A stretch of DNA of 64,000 nt from an uncultured Gammaproteobacteria bacterium. Lineage in GTDB: Bacteria; Patescibacteriota; Patescibacteriia; Magasanikbacterales; GWA2-37-8. Both the position numbers and the translations under genes were made by a program. Below are positions 18,809-27,284 of this stretch, one piece after another. The notes below the pieces were generated by a model. That model was not told the DNA's origin and did not search any database. It saw nothing but the letters and a program-made list of their open reading frames with translations. The stretch covers positions 12,830-76,829 of the forward strand of contig CAZQUL010000001.1 of assembly GCA_964596525.1 (NCBI GenBank). Direction: 5' to 3'. Numbering within the stretch: the first letter of the stretch is position 1; each line of letters starts with the position of its first letter.

Positions 18809-18826
18809 TTCTTTTTATCTATTTAT

Positions 18827-19495
18827 CTACGGCAGACGCCATGGAACTACCTGTTCTTTAAATACGATATTTTGTTTTGACCACGGCCACCGACGGGCGC
18901 TTTCGTATACCAAAACGGCAGCGTTGGGCACGACCGATTCTTTTTTGTAGCGCTCAACCACGTCTTCGGGCGAGGTGTCGTGCAGGATTTTCTGAAGGAG
19001 TAGTAGCCAATTGCCATGAGTAACCACCAAGATACGCTGCCCCACGAAATCACGCCGCAGCATGTCGAGGAAGCTATGGATACGCAACTCCACATCGGGC
19101 CAATTTTCGCCACCAAGCGGACGGTAATGATAGAGCCCCTCCTGTTTCTTGCGGATTTCCTCGTGCGGGAAGAGCGTGCTAACCTGCTCGGCGGTAACAT
19201 TGTTCCAATAGCCGCGTTGTGCTTCGGCCAAGCGGGCATCGAGACGCGGTGTTATGCTAGGGTAAATGTACCGAAGCGTTTCGCGCGCCCGCGTGTAATA
19301 GGAAGCGAAATACGTATCGAACGCTCCGAAACGGGCACGCAGATACGCCCCGGTTTTTTCGGCTTGCTCCACGCCGTAGGGACTGAGCGGAAAAGCATGG
19401 TTAGGGATCGTAAGCAGCGCCCGCTCGTCGGGCGTACGAATATTTCCCTCGGACTCCGCATGGCGGACAAAGACGATGAGGCGCGGCCAGGACAT
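18827..19495 (-). CDS. histidine phosphatase family protein (phosphoglycerate mutase-like)
   Basis: RHAESEGN catalytic motif and VVTHGNW. Confidence 0.75.
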   Translation of the reverse strand: MSWPRLIVFVRHAESEGNIRTPDERALLTIPNHAFPLSPYGVEQAEKTGAYLRARFGAFDTYFASYYTRARETLRYIYPSITPRLDARLAEAQRGYWNNVTAEQVSTLFPHEEIRKKQEGLYHYRPLGGENWPDVELRIHSFLDMLRRDFVGQRILVVTHGNWLLLLQKILHDTSPEDVVERYKKESVVPNAAVLVYESARRWPWSKQNIVFKEQVVPWRLP

Positions 19496-19515
19496 AGAGG
19501 AGTTACTGAAAACTT

Positions 19516-20940
19516 TTACTCGATTCGAGCGGAGCGTTTTTGGCGGTCGTTGTCCATGTCTTCATGGTGTTCTACCAAACGCCGGAGCTTACGGAGCATC
19601 TCTTCGGTAATGTTATTACGGTCGTATTTTATACGATGCCCATCGCCGACATCGTAATCATAATCGGCAACATTCTTTTTGAAACGACCGGTTTTTCCAA
19701 AACGTTCGGCGTAATGATCAAAGATAGCGTGTTGAGTGGCGGTAAGGATATCAGAAGTATTCGCCATTACTTCTGGCGGAAGAACGACCTCGGAAAAAAG
19801 TCGGGAAAGCTTCTTGGCCCTGGTATTTCGAATCAGCTCAACGTCTTTCTCCCATTGCGCTCGATCAGATTCTTCTTGTGTCGCCAATTTTTCGGCGCGC
19901 GCAAAGCTGAGCTTGGCCACATCAACGGCTGGCGGCTGCACACGATCAAACATCGCAATACTCCTTTTCAGTTCGGCATTTGTTTCGGAGTGATCAATAC
20001 TTTTTCCGGCACTGCCCTGTCGCGGCAAAATTCCAGAAATATATTTTGGGTCAAGCGATCCTTTAATGGCAACTTCGGTGCCCATAGCGCCAAAATCTTC
20101 GATTTCCGAGAGCGGAATATCGATAACCACTACACCTTCTTGGCCATAACCACTCGCTTCGAAAGGATCGGTAGTGGCCGAAAGATACGGCGTAATTCCC
20201 CATTCGGCGCCGCTAATACCACCTAAGTGCTTAATCTGATTGAATACCAATTCTTTGCGCATGGTGACTCCACCAAGCACGGCCTGTTCTATTTCTTCGA
20301 GCTCAGCATCCAGTCGGCTCTGTTCTTCGGGTCGCAGGAGCGGACGCACTTTCTGTACGTACGCAACCAGATTCTCGTATGACGGTTCGTGGGTCAGCAC
20401 GTTGACTTCATGACGTACGGCTTCAAGCTTAGTGGGTTTATCAAGCCGGCCGTTCTTAACATTCTGACTACGCATGGCGTATGGAATCTGGTCGAGAAGC
20501 GATTCATCCAGATGATTGATGCCCCGATAAAGGCGGATGGTCGGCTCTTTTCCCTCGGTCGCCGCGGCTTCTTTGGTGAAGATAATGGCTTCTTTGAAAT
20601 CTCGGTTATTAGACGCGACATGAACCTCGGACTTAAAACCCGCTTTATCGAAAACCTCTACTATCTGCTTGGATGCGCGAGAATACTCGCCGGGTGCACG
20701 AGAGGAACGTCGATCAACGGATGGTTTTTCGTCTTCGACGATCTCGGCGAACTCCGTCAAATCCGGTAAAGCATCGATTTCCGAAGCGCTCAACGGGCGA
20801 GCAGGATGTTCGCCACTCTTACCTGAGTAGAACGAGGAAGCGGACTCTCTTCGCATAGTGCACAAATAAAGAATAAAGACCTTTTTTGCTGCGTAGTATA
20901 TCAGACTCCGGAGCGTAAATTCGATGCTAAGATTTTTCAT
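19516..20940 (-). CDS. hypothetical protein (474 aa; true start may be the internal Met at 20856)
   Basis: Long ORF with coding-like composition; no family recognised. Confidence 0.45.
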   Translation of the reverse strand: MKNLSIEFTLRSLIYYAAKKVFILYLCTMRRESASSFYSGKSGEHPARPLSASEIDALPDLTEFAEIVEDEKPSVDRRSSRAPGEYSRASKQIVEVFDKAGFKSEVHVASNNRDFKEAIIFTKEAAATEGKEPTIRLYRGINHLDESLLDQIPYAMRSQNVKNGRLDKPTKLEAVRHEVNVLTHEPSYENLVAYVQKVRPLLRPEEQSRLDAELEEIEQAVLGGVTMRKELVFNQIKHLGGISGAEWGITPYLSATTDPFEASGYGQEGVVVIDIPLSEIEDFGAMGTEVAIKGSLDPKYISGILPRQGSAGKSIDHSETNAELKRSIAMFDRVQPPAVDVAKLSFARAEKLATQEESDRAQWEKDVELIRNTRAKKLSRLFSEVVLPPEVMANTSDILTATQHAIFDHYAERFGKTGRFKKNVADYDYDVGDGHRIKYDRNNITEEMLRKLRRLVEHHEDMDNDRQKRSARIE

Positions 20941-21679
20941 CCTTCAACCGAACAGCCGAAGCTTCGGTAGTAACAGCTTTTTTAAGGAAGATGGTGGAGA
21001 AATAATTTACGGTGTAACGCCAGGCAGTCACGAGGTAGCCTTCTTTTTTAAGACGGCGGGCCGACGAAGCGATCGGCAGCTTGAAGGTGAAAATCACGTC
21101 ACCATACTTGTGTAGGCGGCGGGCGATGTCGGCATCCTCACCGTAAAAATTGAAGCGCGTATCAAAGCCGCCGGCAGCGCGCAAAGCGCTCGCCCGGACA
21201 ACGAAGTTGCCGCCCTGCACGAGCGAGCCCACGCGAAATACGAAACGATTAATAAGATACATGACAAATCCGGCACCGTAAAAAAATCTCACCAGGATAT
21301 TTCCCCTTGATGACAAATCATAATAACGGAACGGGCCGCTGAGCACAGCAAGACGAGGACGGGTAGAAAAAAAATCGAGGACTGTAACAAGCCAGGATTC
21401 GGTAACGCGCGTGTCGGCATCGATGTTAGCGATAAGCTCGCCCGTGGCACGGGCAAAACCAGCCTGGCGCGCGCGAGCCAATCCTTTTTCTGGTTCATCG
21501 ACCAAAACAACATCGGGAAACGACTGGATGATAGCGCGCGTACCATCAGTACTCGCATTGTTGACGACGATAACCTCAATAGCAAACGCACCCGAACGCT
21601 TGAGTTTTAGCACAGCTTCGAGGCACGGACGCAGATACTTTTCTTCGTTGTAGGCCGGAATGACAAAGCTTACTTTCAT
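20927..21679 (-). CDS. glycosyltransferase family 2
   Basis: Start MKVSFVIPAYNEEKYL. The DxD region NIDADT is present. Confidence 0.8.
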   Translation of the reverse strand: MKVSFVIPAYNEEKYLRPCLEAVLKLKRSGAFAIEVIVVNNASTDGTRAIIQSFPDVVLVDEPEKGLARARQAGFARATGELIANIDADTRVTESWLVTVLDFFSTRPRLAVLSGPFRYYDLSSRGNILVRFFYGAGFVMYLINRFVFRVGSLVQGGNFVVRASALRAAGGFDTRFNFYGEDADIARRLHKYGDVIFTFKLPIASSARRLKKEGYLVTAWRYTVNYFSTIFLKKAVTTEASAVRLKDEKS

Positions 21680-21749
21680 ACAAGAACACCAAAAGTATAC
21701 AGACCTAGAAATACCATACCACCGCCGAAACGTCCAGAAAAAGCGAATA

Positions 21750-22650
21750 AAAAAAACTCGCCTGCAGCATGCTGCCCACAGGCGAATGGATGCTCGACGT
21801 GAGCGTCCGCATCTCCAGGCATCCGGGCCGGAGAGCGGTAGGCGCACGAAGCGCGCTGGCGATTCCGGGGCAGGAAAGCCTCGGGGCCAGCGGCCGTCTC
21901 AGTCACGTCGTTGTTCGCGCCGCGCCCGACTCAGAAAGGGTCACTTCCCGGGTCGAAGCCGCTGCGCCATCGATCAGCCCCAGCCGAAGTTGCAGCCGCA
22001 GTGCCGCCCGACGCGCGAGCCCTGGTAGGCTCCCCCGCTCAGACGGAAGGTTGCAGCATGCGTCGCCGCGCCGGCAAAGTCGCGTAGTTCCGCGCTCGCC
22101 GCGTTGGCTAGACTGGTTGCGCACCTGGCGAGGGGCTGGCCCCATGCGCGTCAGGTCGCTCATCAAAGAAGGCATCAGATGATGTGATGTGTCGTTGCGT
22201 TGAGGCCCGTTGTGGGCCACACCTACATGAAGCCGCTTTGCGACTGTGACCGTCGCGGGCGGCGCCGTTGCCGGCCCTGCGTCATCGTCATGTCTTTCCT
22301 CCTTTCCTGGTCTGCGCCGTTGATGGCGAGCGCCGTCCCCTGTCCCGCGTCGCTGTGCGGGCAGAGGCCAGTCCGCCGCGCTGGCCCGAGGCAGCCCCTC
22401 AGGGCTCCTGGCCGCGCCGCGCGCGCTGCCTACTTGAACGGTTGGTTCCACGCTGCAGAAGAGTAAAAGTCCTCCCTTCACGTGAAACCGTCATCATCGA
22501 CGTGAGACGTCAGATGACAGTCCATGCTACCTCCTTTCTTTGGGACCGGTTGTTTTGATGAGACCTTCTGTTGTTGTTCGTTGGTAACCCTAGGGACAAG
22601 CTGGCCAAAGGCCGCTTTTCGACGCGCGGGTCTGTCGCGCCGACTCATAA
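21750..22650. other. GC-rich (approx 70% GC) island without a credible ORF
   Basis: Abrupt shift in composition relative to its flanks. Overlapping ORFs on both strands translate to Arg/Ala/Gly/Pro low-complexity sequence. Confidence 0.6.
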
Positions 22651-22998
22651 ATATACACGCTCCGATGAATGCTGTCAATATCTGATATCCACAGGTTATT
22701 AAGATGGCATGACATGCAGTCTACCATCGAAGCAAACGTGCGCGTGCAGACGATAGCGGCGCATCGGTTGTGGTTACTGCAAATGCGCACCGTTTATAAT
22801 CATTACACAAAAATTTTGCACGAGAAATAGAAAAATTTTTTTGAAAAATGCTATAATAAACGGGGAATCACACGCAGTGCACGCTGCTGACGTTGCGTAC
22901 GCTGTACCTATTTGTAAAACTTTGCTATCATACGCGGCGCCACGCTCTCTAAAAATTAGAGAAAAAAATCTCATCAAGTTATCAACAGTTTTTCTTTC

Positions 22999-23027
22999 TT
23001 GACCCACGTTGCACTCACCCGTACAAT
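22999..23027 (+). promoter_or_regulatory. strong sigma70-like promoter (TTGACC-17-TACAAT)
   Basis: ttgacc-cacgttgcactcacccg-tacaat. Confidence 0.6.
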
Positions 23028-23034
23028 GAGTAAT

Positions 23035-23236
23035 AATTTTCACCCTTCTGGCGCGGCAGCGTCGAGGCTATCCTTACTGCGGTGTCTCGCTGATCTATTT
23101 CCTCTCTCCACCCACGAAATCCTTGCGGTTTCATGGGTTTGGTCAACTAGCCGTCGCACCATATCGGATCTTCAATGCTGTCCGCACCAGAGTGGTGAAT
23201 CAAAAAACAATCCCGCACATCGGGACTGTTTTTATT
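23035..23236 (+). ncRNA. candidate structured small RNA (6S-like closing helix), approx 200 nt
   Basis: Bounded by the promoter above and a hairpin plus T-run at 23210..23236. The 5' segment 23039..23051 pairs with 23187..23199: 13 positions with one mismatch and one G-U. No convincing ORF. Confidence 0.35.
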
Positions 23237-23248
23237 TCAAGAAAAATA

Positions 23249-24505
23249 TTAGCGTTTGAGCATATCGGCCACAATGCTCAGGCCGTAGCGGACCAGGGCG
23301 GTAATATTGCGCCAGCGGACAATAATGGAAAGCAGACTGCGGTGGCGGTCTTTGCTGTCGCAAAATTGATATAGGAATGTTTCTTTCTCGCGCGAAATAA
23401 GATCGAAAAGAAGGCTGAAGGTACGATTGGTTTTCATACGATCCCACAAGAAGCGGTACCAGACCTGCTTACGGAAATACGTCATGAGGCCGTTGTAGCC
23501 TTGGATATGTGGGTAAAATTCGTGCAGCGCATCGCTTTCACCGGCTAGATGGCGCGGTATGAGCTCGCCTGCAACCTTGCCTGAAACAAGCGCTCCTTTG
23601 ATGCCATCGGCTGCGAAGGCACCGCAAAGACCAGCGGCGTCGCCTACCAGAAGCACGTGTCGGTTAAAAACGTTCCTGAGCGGACCGCCGATAGGAATAA
23701 GATGGCCAAAGCCGACGACCGGCTTGGTTTTATCACCATCGATGCGGATCATCTTTTTTGCCAGTAAAAGATCGATGAACTCATCGAGCTTTTTAATATC
23801 TTTAATGTCCTTTTCGAGTTTGGCCAAGCCAAGTCGGAACGCTTTCTTGCCCTTAATGATAGTAGGCGAAAGCCAGCCGCCGTAGCCAAGCGAGAATTCG
23901 CCGAACCAGAAATGGTAGATAGTTGATTCGGGGTGATCGCCGAGTAAAATATCGCCGTAAAAAACTTTTTCAAAGCCAGCCAGAAAGCGTTTGTTAAGAG
24001 AGAGTCCGGGAGTCTGACGTGCTACGGTGGAATGAGAACCGTCGGCACCAACAATGAAGCGAGCACGAATTTCTTTTTTCTGGCCCTCGTGCAGATAGGT
24101 GACTTTTACGGGATATGCCTCCCCTTCTTCGATGGCATAGCTTACGAAACCGGCACCAAGTAACAATTCGACGTTTTTGGGAACGTGCCGGGCGACATGT
24201 GCCAGCAGTTCCGGCGTGTCAGTAGAATATATCCAGGGTTTGTCGGTATGCGAGAAGAAGGAACGCTCGAAGCTTGGATCGATAACGCCGATCGTCGTGA
24301 TGCGGTTTGGGATATACGGATCACTCGTTACAAAGGTATCGAGAATTTTTTTGGTATGTTCGGTAATAAGGCCGGTACTTTCGATGGCGGTGGATAACGT
24401 TTTTTTACGGTCGAGAACAGTAACCGAAAAATGCGGCGGCAGATGATAGGCCGCAGCTAAACCGGAAAAACTGGCTCCCACGATGAGTACGTCGCAAGTG
24501 GACAT
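23249..24505 (-). CDS. geranylgeranyl reductase family FAD-dependent oxidoreductase
   Basis: N-terminal DVLIVGASFSGLAAA; GDAAG motif LLVGDAAGL. Confidence 0.7.
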   Translation of the reverse strand: MSTCDVLIVGASFSGLAAAYHLPPHFSVTVLDRKKTLSTAIESTGLITEHTKKILDTFVTSDPYIPNRITTIGVIDPSFERSFFSHTDKPWIYSTDTPELLAHVARHVPKNVELLLGAGFVSYAIEEGEAYPVKVTYLHEGQKKEIRARFIVGADGSHSTVARQTPGLSLNKRFLAGFEKVFYGDILLGDHPESTIYHFWFGEFSLGYGGWLSPTIIKGKKAFRLGLAKLEKDIKDIKKLDEFIDLLLAKKMIRIDGDKTKPVVGFGHLIPIGGPLRNVFNRHVLLVGDAAGLCGAFAADGIKGALVSGKVAGELIPRHLAGESDALHEFYPHIQGYNGLMTYFRKQVWYRFLWDRMKTNRTFSLLFDLISREKETFLYQFCDSKDRHRSLLSIIVRWRNITALVRYGLSIVADMLKR

Positions 24506-24652
24506 AGTATGCGCGAATAAAAAAATGTAGGCGCGCGGTGAACTACCATGTAAACATAGTTACGTAACGAGCGCAATGGTTTGGCCTGGATAAAAAACAA
24601 GTGCCGTGACAGGCAACAAGTGACACCTCAAAAACAACGTATGGGTGAGAGC

Positions 24653-25600
24653 TTATTTGACCACAACAAACGCCCCGTACAGAAGCTTAATAAGTCTTTC
24701 TTCCTGGTCTTTGTTTTGGATTTGCACGCGCCGCCAGTCGTACAGATGAGTGATGCCCGGTTTTTTACCTGAATAAATACTAACTGCACCGGTGAAACCC
24801 GCTTCGCGCGCCGCATCTATGACCGCCGCATTAAAGCTGCCGAAAGGATAGGCCAAGGAAACTACTGTAATACCCAACTTCTTCTCTAGATCTTTTTTAC
24901 TTTCCTCCAGCTGAAAACGCACTTCGCTTAGCGTAATTTTCGTGAGCTGCTTATGATTGACCGTATGCGCGCCGATTTCTACCAGGCCGCTTGCAATCAT
25001 TTCTTTCATCATCGCCCAGGTGACATTGCCGTTTTTGCCGATATCCTGGTTGATAACAAAAAGCGTAGCAGGAACGCGATATTTCTTGAGGAGTGGAAAA
25101 ACGTTAGTATAAAAACTACGGTAGCCATCATCAAACGTGAGCACTAACGTTCGGTTAGGCAGGGACCCGGTCGTGCTGGCATGCTCAAAGACATCTTTAA
25201 GGGCAAGAAAAGAGTATCCTTCATTTTGAAGAAAACGGATCTGCCGCTCGAGATTGGCTGGGGTAACGGTATAGCGGATCTGGCGCGGGCGAGCGGCTTG
25301 GGCATCAATATGATGGTACATGAGAATGCCGAACGGTATTTCGGCAAAGCGCGACGAAGAGGGACTGGCGGCAGTTGGAGCAATAGGGGCAGTCACATCC
25401 TGAAACGGAATAGAGCAGGCACTTCCGCGGACGCAAAAACCGTCCTGAGGACGAGGCGGTGCGGTAACAGGAAAAACGCGGCTTGGCACGACGACCGGCG
25501 GCAAGGTTGCCGCATATGCCAAAATGAGGCTGAGGATAAAAAATCCGGCGACAGCGAGCGGATGACGAATAATTTTATACACAACACGGGGCATGGACAT
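24653..25600 (-). CDS. polysaccharide deacetylase (NodB domain), membrane-anchored
   Basis: LTFDDGY and HTVNH motifs. N-terminal TM segment follows the MSMPRVVYKII start. Confidence 0.7.
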   Translation of the reverse strand: MSMPRVVYKIIRHPLAVAGFFILSLILAYAATLPPVVVPSRVFPVTAPPRPQDGFCVRGSACSIPFQDVTAPIAPTAASPSSSRFAEIPFGILMYHHIDAQAARPRQIRYTVTPANLERQIRFLQNEGYSFLALKDVFEHASTTGSLPNRTLVLTFDDGYRSFYTNVFPLLKKYRVPATLFVINQDIGKNGNVTWAMMKEMIASGLVEIGAHTVNHKQLTKITLSEVRFQLEESKKDLEKKLGITVVSLAYPFGSFNAAVIDAAREAGFTGAVSIYSGKKPGITHLYDWRRVQIQNKDQEERLIKLLYGAFVVVK

Positions 25601-25680
25601 AGTGTATATAAAAACTATCCGGCGAGCCATGCCATAGTTAATAAAAGCCGCCCACAAGGAACGGCTTAGAAGCTGTTTTT

Positions 25681-26055
25681 TTAGGCGCGAAAGACGATCT
25701 GGCCTGTACCGGCGACGTAGAATCGCCGGACCTTGTCGAGGTCCATGTCGCGGCCGCTGACGCGCAAGGCGTTGTAATTGGTGGCAACGCCGGCGATGTA
25801 GTCGGGAAGATCGCCCTCATTATCCCGGTAGTCGCACAAGACTCCTATGGTGTAGCCGTCATAGATGACGACCATGCCATTAACAATGGCGAAGGCTGCC
25901 TTGATGACGCCGGGCAGGATCTGGATCCGAACGTCTGCAAAAATATCGTGGACTTGCAGCGCGATTGGACGCGACATGTCGAGATCACGGCCGTGCTCGC
26001 CGCAATTGATCGACAGATGAATCGGCAACTTACTTTCGAACAATGTCCGCGGCAT
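25681..26055 (-). CDS. hypothetical protein
   Basis: 124-aa ORF. Confidence 0.4.
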   Translation of the reverse strand: MPRTLFESKLPIHLSINCGEHGRDLDMSRPIALQVHDIFADVRIQILPGVIKAAFAIVNGMVVIYDGYTIGVLCDYRDNEGDLPDYIAGVATNYNALRVSGRDMDLDKVRRFYVAGTGQIVFRA

Positions 26056-26242
26056 TCTCGACCCCCTCAGGTATTCATCGGGTTGAAGTCCACACCAGAA
26101 GATGCTCTAGTGTAGAACAGAAAACAGTAACGCATTCCTGTGCTTGGCGTCAAATTTTTGGCCTGACAGGTTTGACAAACATTGTACGGCGGATGTATAT
26201 TTGCCTGTTCCTCGAACGTGAGGAAACACTGAGGAGGGGCCG

Positions 26243-27229
26243 ATGTACGAACATCTTGTGAGCCGTTTCAACCTTCAGCCGGGTGACTACGAATTGTGGC
26301 AGCGGTGGGAACGTACCCGCAGTCAGGGAGTCAGCTGGCGGGATTACCTAAGCGTCCTTTGCACACCTGAAGTAAGGAATCCGTTCAAGGCTTTGGCGAT
26401 TATCGCACTTCTCACACCACGCAGCGCCCACATGTTTGCGCTCCACGAGCTCGACCTCACCTTGCTTTCGGCTGATGCACTGCAGTTCTTTGCGTACCAA
26501 CTCGAAAAATTCACAAAGAGCCAGGCGCTCGGCGGTACCCGGCGGCGTTACAACGATCTCATCATCAAGACACTCGAAGTCCTGGGTGAGACCGAAGAAC
26601 AGGCCGTCGCGCTCTTCCGGCTGTTTTCGATCGTCGACCCGATGGACAAGCAGGGAACGCCGGAGTACTACGGCTATCGACCACTCGGGAACCTGTGGAT
26701 TTCGGGAGTTCCGGAATTCTGGAAGCGCGAAGCCGACCGACGCATGCGCGACCGGATCGCGAGCGAAGCCCAGACGCCCAACGACGTACCGGGCGTACGA
26801 TCTCTTCTCAGCTCTTTTGCCGAAGAAATCGAGCGCGCGCACGAACAGAAAGGTCGGCCCTACAGCGGGCACCTCCTCGAGCGGCAGCTTAATACCATTA
26901 TTTTCGAGCAGCCGCAGCGTATCATCCATGGCTATAACCCGTTCCGATCAAGTCATGTATGGTACCTGCTCAGGAACCTTGGTTACTCGCGCATGGCGAA
27001 AAGCCTGATCAAGTTCGTGCGCAGCTCCGAGCGTGGTGATACGGCGTTCAAAGTGCGCGATGACGCAAGCCTGCGAAGCGCTGAGAAGATGGTGGATGTT
27101 CTAAAGGATGATACCGAGGTGGCAGAGGAAATCCGGGACATGATCCGCACCTACACTAGTTCTCCCGAAGTTAGAGAACGCGAACACGCAATGCAAGAGT
27201 CCGAGCTCGCTTTCCACGCTCTGTGCTAG
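26243..27229 (+). CDS. hypothetical protein
   Basis: 328-aa ORF with coding-like composition, followed by a terminator. Confidence 0.5.
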   Translation: MYEHLVSRFNLQPGDYELWQRWERTRSQGVSWRDYLSVLCTPEVRNPFKALAIIALLTPRSAHMFALHELDLTLLSADALQFFAYQLEKFTKSQALGGTRRRYNDLIIKTLEVLGETEEQAVALFRLFSIVDPMDKQGTPEYYGYRPLGNLWISGVPEFWKREADRRMRDRIASEAQTPNDVPGVRSLLSSFAEEIERAHEQKGRPYSGHLLERQLNTIIFEQPQRIIHGYNPFRSSHVWYLLRNLGYSRMAKSLIKFVRSSERGDTAFKVRDDASLRSAEKMVDVLKDDTEVAEEIRDMIRTYTSSPEVREREHAMQESELAFHALC

Positions 27230-27236
27230 CACACAC

Positions 27237-27270
27237 AAAAACCAGTCCGGTCGGGCCGCACTGGTTTTTA
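27237..27270. terminator. bidirectional terminator between 26243..27229 and leuS
   Basis: Stem accagt/actggt flanked by A- and T-runs. Confidence 0.6.
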
Positions 27271-27284
27271 TAATTACTGTCGTT

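Noticed and set aside
19516-20940. possible ADP-ribosyltransferase toxin reading of the 474-aa hypothetical
   Set aside because: R, S-T-T and Q-E residues are present, but their spacing does not match the R-S-E ART motif architecture; left as hypothetical.
21660-22558. multiple overlapping ORFs on both strands in the GC-rich island
   Set aside because: Low-complexity Arg/Ala/Pro translations, mutually overlapping, with no RBS; treated as a non-coding anomaly instead.
22999-23259. 86-aa + ORF
   Set aside because: Starts within the -35 box of the promoter and spans the candidate sRNA including its terminator.
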